Assembly: GCA_017886205.1 (NCBI GenBank)
Contig: JAFNEO010000053.1
Span: forward strand, 64,126 to 128,125
Source of the DNA: Candidatus Aminicenantes bacterium
Lineage (GTDB): Bacteria; Acidobacteriota; Aminicenantia; Aminicenantales; UBA8522
Length of the DNA stretch: 64,000 nucleotides
Direction of reading: 5' to 3'
The stretch's first letter is position 1. Every line of letters starts with the position of its first letter. Made by a program: the position numbers and the translations under genes. The notes beneath the pieces were generated by a model. The model saw nothing but the letters and a program-made list of their open reading frames with translations. It made no database searches and was not told the origin of the DNA. Below, piece after piece: positions 9,532 to 19,259 of this stretch.

Positions 9532-10629
9532 TCAACCCATCAATCGCCTGTGGTCTCTTTGACTATCGTGGTCCTCCAGAAAACGGACGATCCTGGCGCT
9601 TCCGGAAGGAAATGGATAGCTCTTCATTGCCCTGACAGACACCCAGCGATGGCTCCCTCTCTTGAGTTTGGGTGGGGCGGTGAGCTCGGATTCGAAGGCA
9701 AAAAGCGTCACTTGGAACCGGGTGTAGGAATGGCGGACCCTGAGGAGCTGCCGCCCAATTTTCACTTCTGCGGCGAGCTCTTCTTGGAGTTCCCGGTGCA
9801 GAGCGCCGCGAAGGGTTTCTCCCCTTTCCCTCTTTCCGCCCGGGAATTCCCAGAGACCGGCCAACAGGCCTTGGGGAGGTCTCTTCTGGATCAGGTAGCG
9901 CCTTCCGTCCCTGATGATGCCCACGACGGTCTCGATCTTCTGGCCATTCCTCCTGTTGGGAGTGGGAATGACTTCCTGCTCGCCCCGCTCAAAGGCCAGA
10001 CAGAATCGCTGGACCGGACAGAGAAGGCAGCTCGGGTTCCTGGGCCTGCAGACCAGCGCTCCGAGTTCCATCATGGCCTGATTGAAATCGCCGCTGTTTC
10101 GCTCCGGGAAGATGGCCTTGATCCATGGGAGGAGGATTTTGTCAATCTGCGGGCTGAGCTTGCTGTGAATCCCGGCTAGCCGCATCACGACCCGCCGGAC
10201 ATTGGCGTCCAGAACGGGAAAGGGCTGTCCGTAGGCAATGCTGAGAACGGCCGCCGTAATGTAGGGACCAAAGCCGGGAAGAGCGATGAGATCTCCGTAG
10301 CTGTCCGGGACAATACAGCCGTTCTCCCGGCACATCATCCGGGCCGCTCGATACAAGTTTCTGGCGCGCTGGTAGTATCCGAGTCCTGCCCAGGCTTTAA
10401 GGACCTTTTGACTTGAAGCCTGGGCCAGGGCTTGCATGTTGGGAAAGAGGTTGAGCCATTTTTCATAATAGGGGAGCACGGTGGAGGTCGTGGTCTGCTG
10501 GAGCATGACCTCTGAAATCCAGATCTTGTAAGGATCTTTGGTCTTTCGCCAGGGGAGCTTTCGATGATGGACTCTATACCAACGGAGGAGCGCTTTTCTC
10601 AACGCTCCATCCTCTTCTTTTCTATGCAT
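9532..10629 (-). CDS. mutY: A/G-specific adenine DNA glycosylase
   Basis: HhH-GPD fold (ISEVMLQQT, GLGYY) with a four-Cys FeS loop (CRPRNPSCLLCPVQRFC) and a C-terminal NUDIX-like domain. ATG at 10629. Confidence 0.9.
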   Translation of the reverse strand: MHRKEEDGALRKALLRWYRVHHRKLPWRKTKDPYKIWISEVMLQQTTTSTVLPYYEKWLNLFPNMQALAQASSQKVLKAWAGLGYYQRARNLYRAARMMCRENGCIVPDSYGDLIALPGFGPYITAAVLSIAYGQPFPVLDANVRRVVMRLAGIHSKLSPQIDKILLPWIKAIFPERNSGDFNQAMMELGALVCRPRNPSCLLCPVQRFCLAFERGEQEVIPTPNRRNGQKIETVVGIIRDGRRYLIQKRPPQGLLAGLWEFPGGKRERGETLRGALHRELQEELAAEVKIGRQLLRVRHSYTRFQVTLFAFESELTAPPKLKRGSHRWVSVRAMKSYPFPSGSARIVRFLEDHDSQRDHRRLMG

Positions 10630-10732
10630 CTCTATCTTTCAAGAGCCGGCCGGCCCAAACGTCGTCCCCTCCCATCCAGTTGCAGTGCAGCGTCAACCCC
10701 CAGCTGGGTGCGCCGCCAGATGAAGATTGGGC

Positions 10733-12112
10733 TTACTGTTTGACTTCTTTTTTCTTTTCAGGAGCGGCCGGCTTCCAGTCCTTGCCTTCTTTGGGGAATT
10801 CGGCCAAAAAGGCGGAGTCGACGCGGAACAGGTAATCGAGGTTGGGATTCTTCAGGACGACCTGCTTTTTTTCCGGATCTTCTGTCCCAACCAGGACTCG
10901 GAATTCCTTCTCTGTCTCTCCGTCCTTGGTCCAGACGGTCACCTCGGCCTGAGGCGGGGCCAGACCATAGGTTTGGAGCTCGGCCGGCGAGTCGATGAAC
11001 TCCACCGCCTCCAGGCTCTCTATCTTCCGGAGGAAGGTTTCCACCCGGGAACCGTCCGCTTCCTCTTTGGCGGCTCCTTCAAATTGCCACTTGTTATCCT
11101 TGTCTTTGCCGACCGTCAGCGTGAGATCGCCCTTCTTGACGCTGACCTTGCTGGCCTCCCAGCTGTTGAAAACGACGACCTGCTTTTCCCGGAGATCTTC
11201 GACCTTCTTTTCGATATCGGTCAGCACCTGTCCTTCGGAGGTGACGATTTTGGTTGAGATCGAAGTCGTCGCATAGACGGTCTCGTCCTGTTTGTGGAGG
11301 GAGAATATGACCTCCTGGTTCTTGGCCGGGATGCTCAAAGTGACGGAATAGTCCGGCTCCTTGAGGCCGAATTTCGCAACTTCGGCCTCCTGTTTTTGTT
11401 CGGCGACGAACTCCTTGGCCCGCAGGTTGGAGAGTGCCCTGAGCACGTCTTCGACACGACTCTTCTTGGCCAGCGCTTTCACTGGACTGTCCAGGAACCA
11501 TTCGGCCTCTTTTTTCTGGGCTTGCCAGGAGATATCTTTGGCCTTGAGCTTGATGGACCCGACATCTTCCGGCTCGAACTTAAAGATGTCCTTCTGTCGG
11601 AAATCGAACATTTTCTTTTCCAGGTTGCTTTTGAGGAAGCCGGCCAGGAGGACAATCCTTTTGTCGTCTTCCCGCTTGGCGAAGAGCGTGTTGTCGAGGG
11701 GATTCTCCATGCCGATAAGAAGCTTTACGGGTTGCGCTTGTCCTTTAAACCAGAGGGTGAGCTCCTTCTTAGGGATCTCGTACTTGGCCGGGTCGCCTCC
11801 TTCGGCTTCGATGACGCGCTCGAATTTGAGGCTGGAGAAGTCCTCGGCCAGGCGGCTGACTTCACTGGAATCCGCCTTGGCTTCGAGCGGCTCAATGATC
11901 AGCCATTCGCCCTTGTCATCCTTTTTAAAGGTGATGGTCCCGTCCTCATTTTTTAGGGTGATCTTCTCGACGTCCGCCGAAGCCAGGTCGACGAGCTTTT
12001 TCCCCTTTTCTTCCGTCTCCTTGCGGGCCTTGCTCCTGGATTCAAAGAGGAGGACGGCCGCAAGGAGGACCGCGAATATGATCAAGAGGATGAGGGTTGT
12101 CTTGGGTTTCAT
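10733..12112 (-). CDS. DUF4340 domain protein (fourth gene of the GldAFG-like ABC operon)
   Basis: Start re-set to the ATG at 12112 (MKPKTTLILLIIFAVLLAA signal/anchor), which overlaps the GldG stop as ATGA. Lys/Glu-rich repeated beta-rich domains. Confidence 0.6.
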   Translation of the reverse strand: MKPKTTLILLIIFAVLLAAVLLFESRSKARKETEEKGKKLVDLASADVEKITLKNEDGTITFKKDDKGEWLIIEPLEAKADSSEVSRLAEDFSSLKFERVIEAEGGDPAKYEIPKKELTLWFKGQAQPVKLLIGMENPLDNTLFAKREDDKRIVLLAGFLKSNLEKKMFDFRQKDIFKFEPEDVGSIKLKAKDISWQAQKKEAEWFLDSPVKALAKKSRVEDVLRALSNLRAKEFVAEQKQEAEVAKFGLKEPDYSVTLSIPAKNQEVIFSLHKQDETVYATTSISTKIVTSEGQVLTDIEKKVEDLREKQVVVFNSWEASKVSVKKGDLTLTVGKDKDNKWQFEGAAKEEADGSRVETFLRKIESLEAVEFIDSPAELQTYGLAPPQAEVTVWTKDGETEKEFRVLVGTEDPEKKQVVLKNPNLDYLFRVDSAFLAEFPKEGKDWKPAAPEKKKEVKQ

Positions 12113-13755
12113 AAGGACCTTCTCCTTAGCCAGACGGAAATCCCGAGGATGAGGATGGCGAGGGGGAGGATGACGACCGAGACGAAGAAGATCAACCGGC
12201 CCTGGGAGGGCGTGAACTGTACGGTCCGGGGGGATGATGTCTTTGGCTGGATGGAGATTAGGTCGGATTCCTCGGTCAGCCAATTGACGGCGTTGAGGAA
12301 GAGGTTCCCGTTGCCGGAAAGGCCATAGTACCTGTTACTGGCAAAATCGGAATCGCCGAAGACGGCCAGTCGGCCCTCCTTCTTGGGCTCTGGGACCGGC
12401 ATTTCATCCAGACTATTCTCTTCGCTCTTCTTCTCATCTGCCTTTTTCTGTTCGGCGGGCTTCTGCGGCTCGGCCTTTTCACCGACCGCTTCCTGAGTTT
12501 CCGCTTTCTTTTCCTCGGGTTTAACCTGGATGGTCGCCACAACGGCCAGGGGGATAGGCCCCTGTTTGTCTTTCTCCTTATCGAAAGTCACCTGCTTCTG
12601 GTCGAGTTGTCTTTCCGACCAGGAATTGGGGCTGGTCTTGCCCAGAAGCGACGTCGTGATGCCCTCCGGCTTTGGATCGACCGGTTCGACGGACCGGGCA
12701 TAAGGGAAGAAAGTCGCGTACCGGAAGTTACGGGTGATCTCGTGGGCTTCATAGTCGGTGATGACCGGCATGAAATAGTCCCCTCCGAAGAGGCGGGAGA
12801 TCGTATCCACGACGACATCGTTCTCGAGTTTTATGCCGAGCCCGCCGAGGTAGGGGACGAGGCCGGGAGCGACCTCCGGGTCGGCCATGAAGAAAACGCG
12901 TCCGCCCTTGTAGATGTAGCCCTGGATGGTCTCGAGCTCGTTGGGCAGGAGGTCCTTCTGGGGACCGGGGATGACGAGGAGAGCGCAGTCCTGAGGGAAG
13001 GTCTCGGAGAGCGCCAGGGTCAACTTTTTAGCTTCGTAGCCAAGCTTCTGGAGCTCGTCCTTGGCGAATGAATAGCCGACCTCCTCGGTCTGCTCGATGC
13101 TGTGCTCGCCGTGGCCCTCCAGGAAATAGATGACCTTCTTGCTCTCCCGGGTCGCCTTGATCAGGGCGTTGGTGAGGTCTTCTTCGGTCGAGGTCGTGAT
13201 CCGGTTCTCCTTGCCGCTCGCCTCCAGGATGGTCGTTCCGTCCTGGGTGATGCCGTAGGCCTTGACAAGGCCGGGGTTTTTATCGGGGTCGATGAACTCG
13301 TACTTGATCTTCTTAGAGTAATAACCGTAGTTCTTGAGCAGGTCTTCCAGCTTGGAGCGGCCGTAGTTGCCCTCCCGGAAAAACCCCTTAATCTGGACAT
13401 CCTTCTTCAAGTTCTTCAGGACCTGGATGGACTGGTCGGAGAGGCTGTGGAGCTTGGCCTCGGTGAAATCGAGCCGGAAGTTGTGCCGAGAAAGAAAAAA
13501 ATTCAGCAGGACAAGGATAGCCAGGACAAGGACGATGACGAGCAGAAGGTTGCTCGAATAGAGGAAGGACTTGCGGCTGACGCTCCTTTTAAGCGAGGAC
13601 AAGTTGAGCGCTACGTAGACGGCGATGGCCGCTACCCCGAGTAGGGCCATGACCAGGAAGATGGTCTTTCGGTGCGGCCAGATCTGCATGCCTATTATGG
13701 CCAGGACGGCGAGCGCCAGGCCGATGGTGTTGAGGTTTTTCTTGATCGTTTCCAT
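12109..13755 (-). CDS. ABC-type uncharacterised transport system auxiliary protein, GldG-like
   Basis: N- and C-terminal transmembrane anchors, a large periplasmic domain and a KE/P-rich linker. ATG at 13755. Confidence 0.7.
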   Translation of the reverse strand: METIKKNLNTIGLALAVLAIIGMQIWPHRKTIFLVMALLGVAAIAVYVALNLSSLKRSVSRKSFLYSSNLLLVIVLVLAILVLLNFFLSRHNFRLDFTEAKLHSLSDQSIQVLKNLKKDVQIKGFFREGNYGRSKLEDLLKNYGYYSKKIKYEFIDPDKNPGLVKAYGITQDGTTILEASGKENRITTSTEEDLTNALIKATRESKKVIYFLEGHGEHSIEQTEEVGYSFAKDELQKLGYEAKKLTLALSETFPQDCALLVIPGPQKDLLPNELETIQGYIYKGGRVFFMADPEVAPGLVPYLGGLGIKLENDVVVDTISRLFGGDYFMPVITDYEAHEITRNFRYATFFPYARSVEPVDPKPEGITTSLLGKTSPNSWSERQLDQKQVTFDKEKDKQGPIPLAVVATIQVKPEEKKAETQEAVGEKAEPQKPAEQKKADEKKSEENSLDEMPVPEPKKEGRLAVFGDSDFASNRYYGLSGNGNLFLNAVNWLTEESDLISIQPKTSSPRTVQFTPSQGRLIFFVSVVILPLAILILGISVWLRRRSL

Positions 13756-13758
13756 GGC

Positions 13759-14526
13759 TTATCTCCAACGTCTGGACTGGATCACGGAATGGGTCAGGAA
13801 GAGTCCGAAGAAGGCGAAGCTGACGTAATAGACGACATCCTTGGTGTCCAGGATTCCCCGGGTCATGTCGTCGAAGTGCTGGAAGACGGAGAGGTAGTTG
13901 AGGACGTCCTTCCACATCCCGGAGGCCGAATAAGCTGCCCAGTTCAGGATCCAGAACAGAAGCAGGGCGCCGAAGGTCAGGATGGCTGAGACGATCTGGT
14001 TCTCGGTGAGCGAGGAAAAGAACACTCCCGCTGCGATAAACGCCGCCCCCATGAGTAAAAGCCCGAGATATCCGTTCAAAATTTGGGGCACCTCCGGATT
14101 GCCGTAGGCGAAGGTAAACACAGAGAGGAGGCCGGTCAACCCCAGCATCGCGGCCAGGACCACGAGCGCCGCCAGGTACTTGCCCAGGATGATCTGGCCG
14201 ACGTTGACCGGGGAAGTGAACAGCAGCTCGTCCGTCCCGGTCTTCTTTTCCTCGCTGAAGAGCCTCATGGTCAGCAGGGGAAGCATAAGCAGCAGGATGA
14301 TGCTCATGTTGTGGAAGAGGGGAGTGTAGACCATCTGGTTGATGTTTATCTGCTGGGCATAGTAGGGATTCTGAGCCATCTGGATCGCCTGGGAATTGAA
14401 CCACGAGAGAGCGCTATAGAAGAAGAAACCCACCAAGACCAGGAAAACGGCAATGACCACATAGGCGATGGGGGAGGTGAAATAAGTCTTGATCTCTTTT
14501 TTGGCGATAGTCCAGATGTTTCTCAT
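13759..14526 (-). CDS. ABC-2 type transporter permease, GldF-like
   Basis: Start re-set to the ATG at 14526 (MRNIWTIAKKEIK...), overlapping the ATPase stop as ATGA. Six transmembrane helices. Confidence 0.75.
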   Translation of the reverse strand: MRNIWTIAKKEIKTYFTSPIAYVVIAVFLVLVGFFFYSALSWFNSQAIQMAQNPYYAQQININQMVYTPLFHNMSIILLLMLPLLTMRLFSEEKKTGTDELLFTSPVNVGQIILGKYLAALVVLAAMLGLTGLLSVFTFAYGNPEVPQILNGYLGLLLMGAAFIAAGVFFSSLTENQIVSAILTFGALLLFWILNWAAYSASGMWKDVLNYLSVFQHFDDMTRGILDTKDVVYYVSFAFFGLFLTHSVIQSRRWR

Positions 14527-15449
14527 GGCTCGCCTCCTCCCGAAACGACGCGCAGATAGAGGTCCTCGATGTTCATGGCCGCTGTCCTCAACTCCAGAAG
14601 TCCCCATTCCTTTTCCACCGCCATCCTGGACACATTTTCCCGGAGGTCCTTTCCCGGATTCCATTCGACGGCCAGCTCGCCGTTATGGCGGGTGACTTTC
14701 TCGACACCCGGGATGGTCCTCAGGGCCGTCAAAGCGTCCTCGTGTCCTCTCCGGAGTCTGAGAATGACTCTATCCTTCTCGCGGAAAGAAGCCGTCAATT
14801 CCTCGAGCGAGCCAGACGCCATCAGGCCACCTTCATTGATGATGACCACACCGTCGCAGGTCTGGGTTACCTCGGCCAGGTGGTGCGTTGAGAGGATGAT
14901 GGTGTGCTCCCCCTTGAGCGACTTGATCAACTCGCGGATCTCTTTGATCTGGGCCGGGTCGAGGCCGATGGTCGGCTCATCGAGCACCAGGACATCGGGG
15001 TTGTGGATAAGGGATTGGGCGATCCCGACCCGCTGCTTAAACCCTCGAGAGATGTTCTTGATGAGCCGGCCTTTGACCGAGGCCAGATTGCTGACCGAGA
15101 TCGCCCGCTCCAGCGCCGGCTTGCGTTTGGCGGCGGGGACCTGCTTAAGGGCGGCGACAAAGCTCAGATAATCGGAAACGGTCATCTCGGGGTAAAGCGG
15201 GACGACCTCAGGCAAATAACCGATTACCCTTTTGACCTCGTTCGGCTGTGCGAAGACGTCGAACCCGGCAACCGTTGCCTTCCCTTCTGTGGCCGGGAGA
15301 TAGCCGGTCAAGACCCTCATGGTCGTGGTTTTGCCGGCGGCATTGGGCCCCAGAAGCCCCCAGATCTTGCCTTTGGCGACCTTGAAACTGAGGTCGCGCA
15401 CGGCGATGAGGTCGCCATATTTCTTGGTGAGATGTTCGACTTCGATCAT
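14523..15449 (-). CDS. ABC transporter ATP-binding protein, GldA-like
   Basis: Walker A GPNAAGKTT, ABC signature ISRGFKQR and Walker B VLVLDEP. ATG at 15449 with an AAAGGAGG RBS. Confidence 0.9.
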   Translation of the reverse strand: MIEVEHLTKKYGDLIAVRDLSFKVAKGKIWGLLGPNAAGKTTTMRVLTGYLPATEGKATVAGFDVFAQPNEVKRVIGYLPEVVPLYPEMTVSDYLSFVAALKQVPAAKRKPALERAISVSNLASVKGRLIKNISRGFKQRVGIAQSLIHNPDVLVLDEPTIGLDPAQIKEIRELIKSLKGEHTIILSTHHLAEVTQTCDGVVIINEGGLMASGSLEELTASFREKDRVILRLRRGHEDALTALRTIPGVEKVTRHNGELAVEWNPGKDLRENVSRMAVEKEWGLLELRTAAMNIEDLYLRVVSGGGEP

Positions 15450-15507
15450 GTGTTGGCCTCCTTTCTGTTATAACGGTCCGCTGAGTCCGTTAGATTCTCC
15501 GCTTGGC

Positions 15508-17445
15508 TCACATCTTTTCGGGCAGTGGGATGCCCATAAGAGAGAGCGCGGTCCTGAGGATCTCACGGATATAGAAAACGGTCATGATCCGGATATTCCT
15601 GAGTTCCAGGTCGCCCTCGCCGAGGATGGAGTACAGATGATAATAGGCGTTCGTCTTCTGGCAGAGGTTGAAGGCGAACTTGGCGAGGTGCGAGAACTCC
15701 AGCGAATAGGCCGAGTGCAGGACATGTTCTTCGAACTGGGCCGCGTAGAGGATGAGGTCCCAAAAATCGTGGCCCTCGTTTTCCGGAAGCCGATCCAAGA
15801 GGATGGGGACTTCCCGGAGGAGTTTTTCCAGCTCGGCGTTCCCGAACCCGGCCCGGTCCGAGAGCTTCCGGAAGATGCTGTTCAACCTGACGAACGTGTA
15901 CTGGAGGTAGGGACCCGTCTCTCCCTCGAAGCTGAGGGCCTCTTCGAAGTCGAAGACGATCAGGGAGTTCCGGGCGAACTTGAGCATGAAATAGCGGAGC
16001 GCACCGCAGGCGATCGCGCGGGAGATTGAAGCTCGGAGGTCTGCAGAGAGCTCGGGGTTGCGTCTTTCGACCTCGGCCAGGGCCTTGGCCTCGAGTCGGT
16101 CAAGCAGGTCGTCGGCCTTGACTCCCAGGCCTTTTCGTCCTGAGACTTCGAGGAAGCTGCGGTCTTTCTCGCTTTCAGAGACCTTGTAGTTGAGTTCCTT
16201 CAGGCTCCGTGGCGAAAGGGCGACCATCTCGTAAGAGAAATGGATGGAATTGGCCGCCTGGACCTCATAACCCAGAACTCTCAGCCCCTGGGCGACGATC
16301 TTTTGGAGATAGGCCTGGCGAGAGTCGATGACGTTATAGACCCGGCTGGCACTCCCGAAAGCCGGGGCCTCCGGCGCGGGATTCGTCGTCGTGATCCAAA
16401 GAGTTTTAACTCCCTCCTGTTCGAACGGCTCGTAGAAGAAGTCGCGGCCAAGCAGGCCGAACTTCCAGAGCTGGTAGGCGATGTCTTTCCCGACATAGGT
16501 CACCGTTCCGTCCGAGCGAACGATGATCTTCTCTTTCTCCTCGGCCTCGGCCAGCCTCATCACCCAGCAGCCGGCGTTCTCGCCCTCTTTGGACAGATGG
16601 ATGGCGTCCTTTTCCTTGAGTAGGGCAAACGCTTTTTCCCAGAACTTAAGGCCGAGGATGCTGCTCTCGCAGGGCAAGAGCTCGTAGCCGACATCGATTC
16701 TCTTCATGGTGTCGAGATGGGCCCGGAGGATTCGGCGGGAGACGGCACGAGCCATTCCGGCTTCGGGGTCTTGGCCATGTTCGATATGCTTGAGGATTTC
16801 GCTCTTGCGCTCCTGGGATTCGGGATGGGCTTCGAGATAGGCGGAGGTCCGGGCATAGAGGTCCCAGCAGTAATAGTCGAACTTCTGGCCGCCGGATTCG
16901 AGGTCGGCCAGCGTTTTTCTCTCCAGGTCCATGAGGCCGAAAACGACATCCACCACCTGGACCCCGGTGTCATCGATATAGTTTTGAACCTCGACCTTTT
17001 CGCCCTTATATCTCAGACAGCGGGCCAGCGTATCGCCCAGACAGGCGTTGCGGAGATGACCGATGTGTGCGGCCTTGTTCGGGTTGATGTTGGTGTGCTC
17101 GATGATGATCTTGTCGTGCTCCGGAGAAAGGGAGGTTCGGCCGAGCGAATGCAGCGCCGTCCGGAAGAACGCATTTCGGTCGAGGAAGAGGTTGATGTAG
17201 CCGGGCCCGGCGACTTCGGCTTTCTTTACTCCCTCAAGGCCGGAAAACAAAGGAAGCAGGTCCTGGGCGACCTGCCGGGGATTGGCCTTGAGCTTCTTGG
17301 CCAGCTTGAAGGGAAAGGGCAGGCTCAGGTCCCCAAAGCTCTGCTGGGGGGTAGTGGTGATCTCGATCTCGGCCTCTTCCAGGTCGTATTTCTCCCTGAC
17401 CCTGGCCAAAATGTCTTTTTTCAGCGCGTCTTTGAGTTTGATCAT
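15508..17445 (-). CDS. argS: arginine--tRNA ligase
   Basis: Class I HIGH motif (PNKAAHIGHLRN). About 645 aa. The ATG at 17445 with a GGGGA RBS is preferred over the TTG at 17457. Confidence 0.95.
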   Translation of the reverse strand: MIKLKDALKKDILARVREKYDLEEAEIEITTTPQQSFGDLSLPFPFKLAKKLKANPRQVAQDLLPLFSGLEGVKKAEVAGPGYINLFLDRNAFFRTALHSLGRTSLSPEHDKIIIEHTNINPNKAAHIGHLRNACLGDTLARCLRYKGEKVEVQNYIDDTGVQVVDVVFGLMDLERKTLADLESGGQKFDYYCWDLYARTSAYLEAHPESQERKSEILKHIEHGQDPEAGMARAVSRRILRAHLDTMKRIDVGYELLPCESSILGLKFWEKAFALLKEKDAIHLSKEGENAGCWVMRLAEAEEKEKIIVRSDGTVTYVGKDIAYQLWKFGLLGRDFFYEPFEQEGVKTLWITTTNPAPEAPAFGSASRVYNVIDSRQAYLQKIVAQGLRVLGYEVQAANSIHFSYEMVALSPRSLKELNYKVSESEKDRSFLEVSGRKGLGVKADDLLDRLEAKALAEVERRNPELSADLRASISRAIACGALRYFMLKFARNSLIVFDFEEALSFEGETGPYLQYTFVRLNSIFRKLSDRAGFGNAELEKLLREVPILLDRLPENEGHDFWDLILYAAQFEEHVLHSAYSLEFSHLAKFAFNLCQKTNAYYHLYSILGEGDLELRNIRIMTVFYIREILRTALSLMGIPLPEKM

Positions 17446-17552
17446 CGGAGTCCCCAATTATAACAAAATTTCGTCATTCGACAAGTGACCCGGCTTGCGA
17501 AGCCGGTTGGATTGTGATAATTAGATAGTCTTTCCTAGCGAGGTGAACGTCT

Positions 17553-18644
17553 ATGAAAAAAACGCGCTTCTATGAATGCCATAAGGCGCTGGGCGGCCGG
17601 ATGATCGAATTCTTCAGCTGGGAGATGCCGGTCGAGTTCAAAGGGATCATCGAGGAGCATATGGCCGTCCGCACCGCGGCCGGACTCTTCGACGTTAGCC
17701 ACATGGGCGAGATCATGGTCCGGGGCAAAGATGCGCTGGCCTTTATCCAGCATCTGACTCCGAACGACGCCGGCCGGCTGGCCCTCAATCAAGCCCAATA
17801 CACGGCCCTGACGACGCCGCAGGGGACTTTTGTAGACGACATGCTGGTCTACTGCCTCTCGCTCGAGGAATACCTCCTGGTCGTCAACGCCGCCAATACA
17901 GACAAGGACTTCGGCTGGGTTGCCGCCCATCAGGCCGGGTTCGCTGTCTCGGTCGAGAACGTCAGCGACGGATATTCGCAGCTCGCACTCCAGGGTCCCA
18001 AGGCCCAGGAGATACTCCAAACCCTGACCAGCATCAACCTGGCTGGGATGAAATCGTTTTGGGCGGAGCACGGAAAGGTGGCCGGCATCGATGCTTTGGT
18101 CTCGCGGACAGGCTACACTGGAGAAGACGGGTTCGAGATCTACACGACTTCGGCGCAACCCGCCGCCATCCTGGAAGAGATTATGAAGGTCGGACAGCCT
18201 TTCGGCCTTCTTCCCATCGGACTCGGCGCCCGTGATACTCTTCGGCTCGAGGCCAAATTGATGCTCTACGGGAACGATATCGACGACACGACGACAGTGC
18301 TCGAGGCCGACCTCAAGTGGATCATCAAATTCAAGAAGGGCGATTTTTTGGGACGTGATGTCCTGGAAAAGCAGCTCACCGAAGGGATCAAGCGGAAGAT
18401 CGTGGGTTTCGAGCTCATCGAGAAGGGCATCCCGCGGCCCCATTACCCGGTCTTTGCGGCTGGACAGAAGGCAGGCCAGGTGTGCTCAGGGACCTTCTCG
18501 CCATTCCTTAAGAAAAGCATCGGCCTTGTCTATCTTCCAGTTGAGCTCACCGGGATCGGTACCGAAGTCGAAGTTGGCATCAGGGACAGACAGGTGAAGG
18601 CGAAGGTGGTTTCCACCCCGTTCTATAAACGGGGCGGAAAATAG
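17553..18644 (+). CDS. gcvT: glycine cleavage system aminomethyltransferase T
   Basis: 363 aa. Typical GcvT N-terminus (H..LGG.M..F.GW.MP). GAGGTGA RBS. Confidence 0.95.
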   Translation: MKKTRFYECHKALGGRMIEFFSWEMPVEFKGIIEEHMAVRTAAGLFDVSHMGEIMVRGKDALAFIQHLTPNDAGRLALNQAQYTALTTPQGTFVDDMLVYCLSLEEYLLVVNAANTDKDFGWVAAHQAGFAVSVENVSDGYSQLALQGPKAQEILQTLTSINLAGMKSFWAEHGKVAGIDALVSRTGYTGEDGFEIYTTSAQPAAILEEIMKVGQPFGLLPIGLGARDTLRLEAKLMLYGNDIDDTTTVLEADLKWIIKFKKGDFLGRDVLEKQLTEGIKRKIVGFELIEKGIPRPHYPVFAAGQKAGQVCSGTFSPFLKKSIGLVYLPVELTGIGTEVEVGIRDRQVKAKVVSTPFYKRGGK

Positions 18645-18872
18645 CTGTGTTCGCGGGTTGCAATCGCAGCTTTTGCAGCCGCAAGCCCTGTCATCACGAT
18701 ATTCGCCTGTGCAAAAAGAGAGAGGCTGGCCGGAGGATATCGCTCCCCGGGAATTCACTACCACAAAGGCCCAGTTTAATGTAAAATAGACAGCCCCAAC
18801 CTTGGAGTTGCCCAAGCCGGGGGGTGGCTATTTTCGGCTTCCGCAGCCATATTATAAGAGAGGAGGCAGACG

Positions 18873-19259
18873 ATGTATCCAAAAGAATATCGCTTCACCA
18901 AGGATCATGAATGGGTCAAGGTTGAAGGGGACACGGCCACCATCGGAATCACCGATTTTGCCCAGAAACAGCTGGGGGATGTCGTCTATGTCGAGCTTCC
19001 CGCCGTCGGGAAGACCCTCGACGTCCACCAGACTATCGGTGTCGTCGAATCGGTCAAGGCCGTCTCCGACGTCTATTCACCTTTATCCGGAGAGGTCATC
19101 GCCATCAACGAGGACCTCAACAATTCCCCCGAAACGCTCAACCATGACCCCCACGGCAAGGGCTGGATCATCCGCCTGCGCCTCAAGAACAAGTCGGATT
19201 TGGACCAGTTGATGACGGTCGGCGACTACGAGAAATTCCTGGAGGGGCCGGCCTCATGA
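18873..19259 (+). CDS. gcvH: glycine cleavage system H protein
   Basis: 128 aa. Lipoyl-lysine motif ESVKAVSD. AGAGGAGG RBS. Confidence 0.95.
   Translation: MYPKEYRFTKDHEWVKVEGDTATIGITDFAQKQLGDVVYVELPAVGKTLDVHQTIGVVESVKAVSDVYSPLSGEVIAINEDLNNSPETLNHDPHGKGWIIRLRLKNKSDLDQLMTVGDYEKFLEGPAS

Noticed and set aside
12113-12283. N-terminal extensions given by the ORF track at 12283, 14664, 17457, 25484, 30017, 30655, 33874 and 33930
   Set aside because: In each case an internal ATG has an RBS, a signal peptide or a conserved N-terminus, or makes an ATGA/TAATG overlap with the upstream gene. The extended regions are Arg/Pro-rich and overlap the neighbouring gene.
17458-17552. Glycine riboswitch expected upstream of gcvT
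   Set aside because: The intergenic region is only ~95 nt and shared with the divergent argS promoter. It lacks the GGAGAG / ACCGAAGGGGCAA-type aptamer cores.
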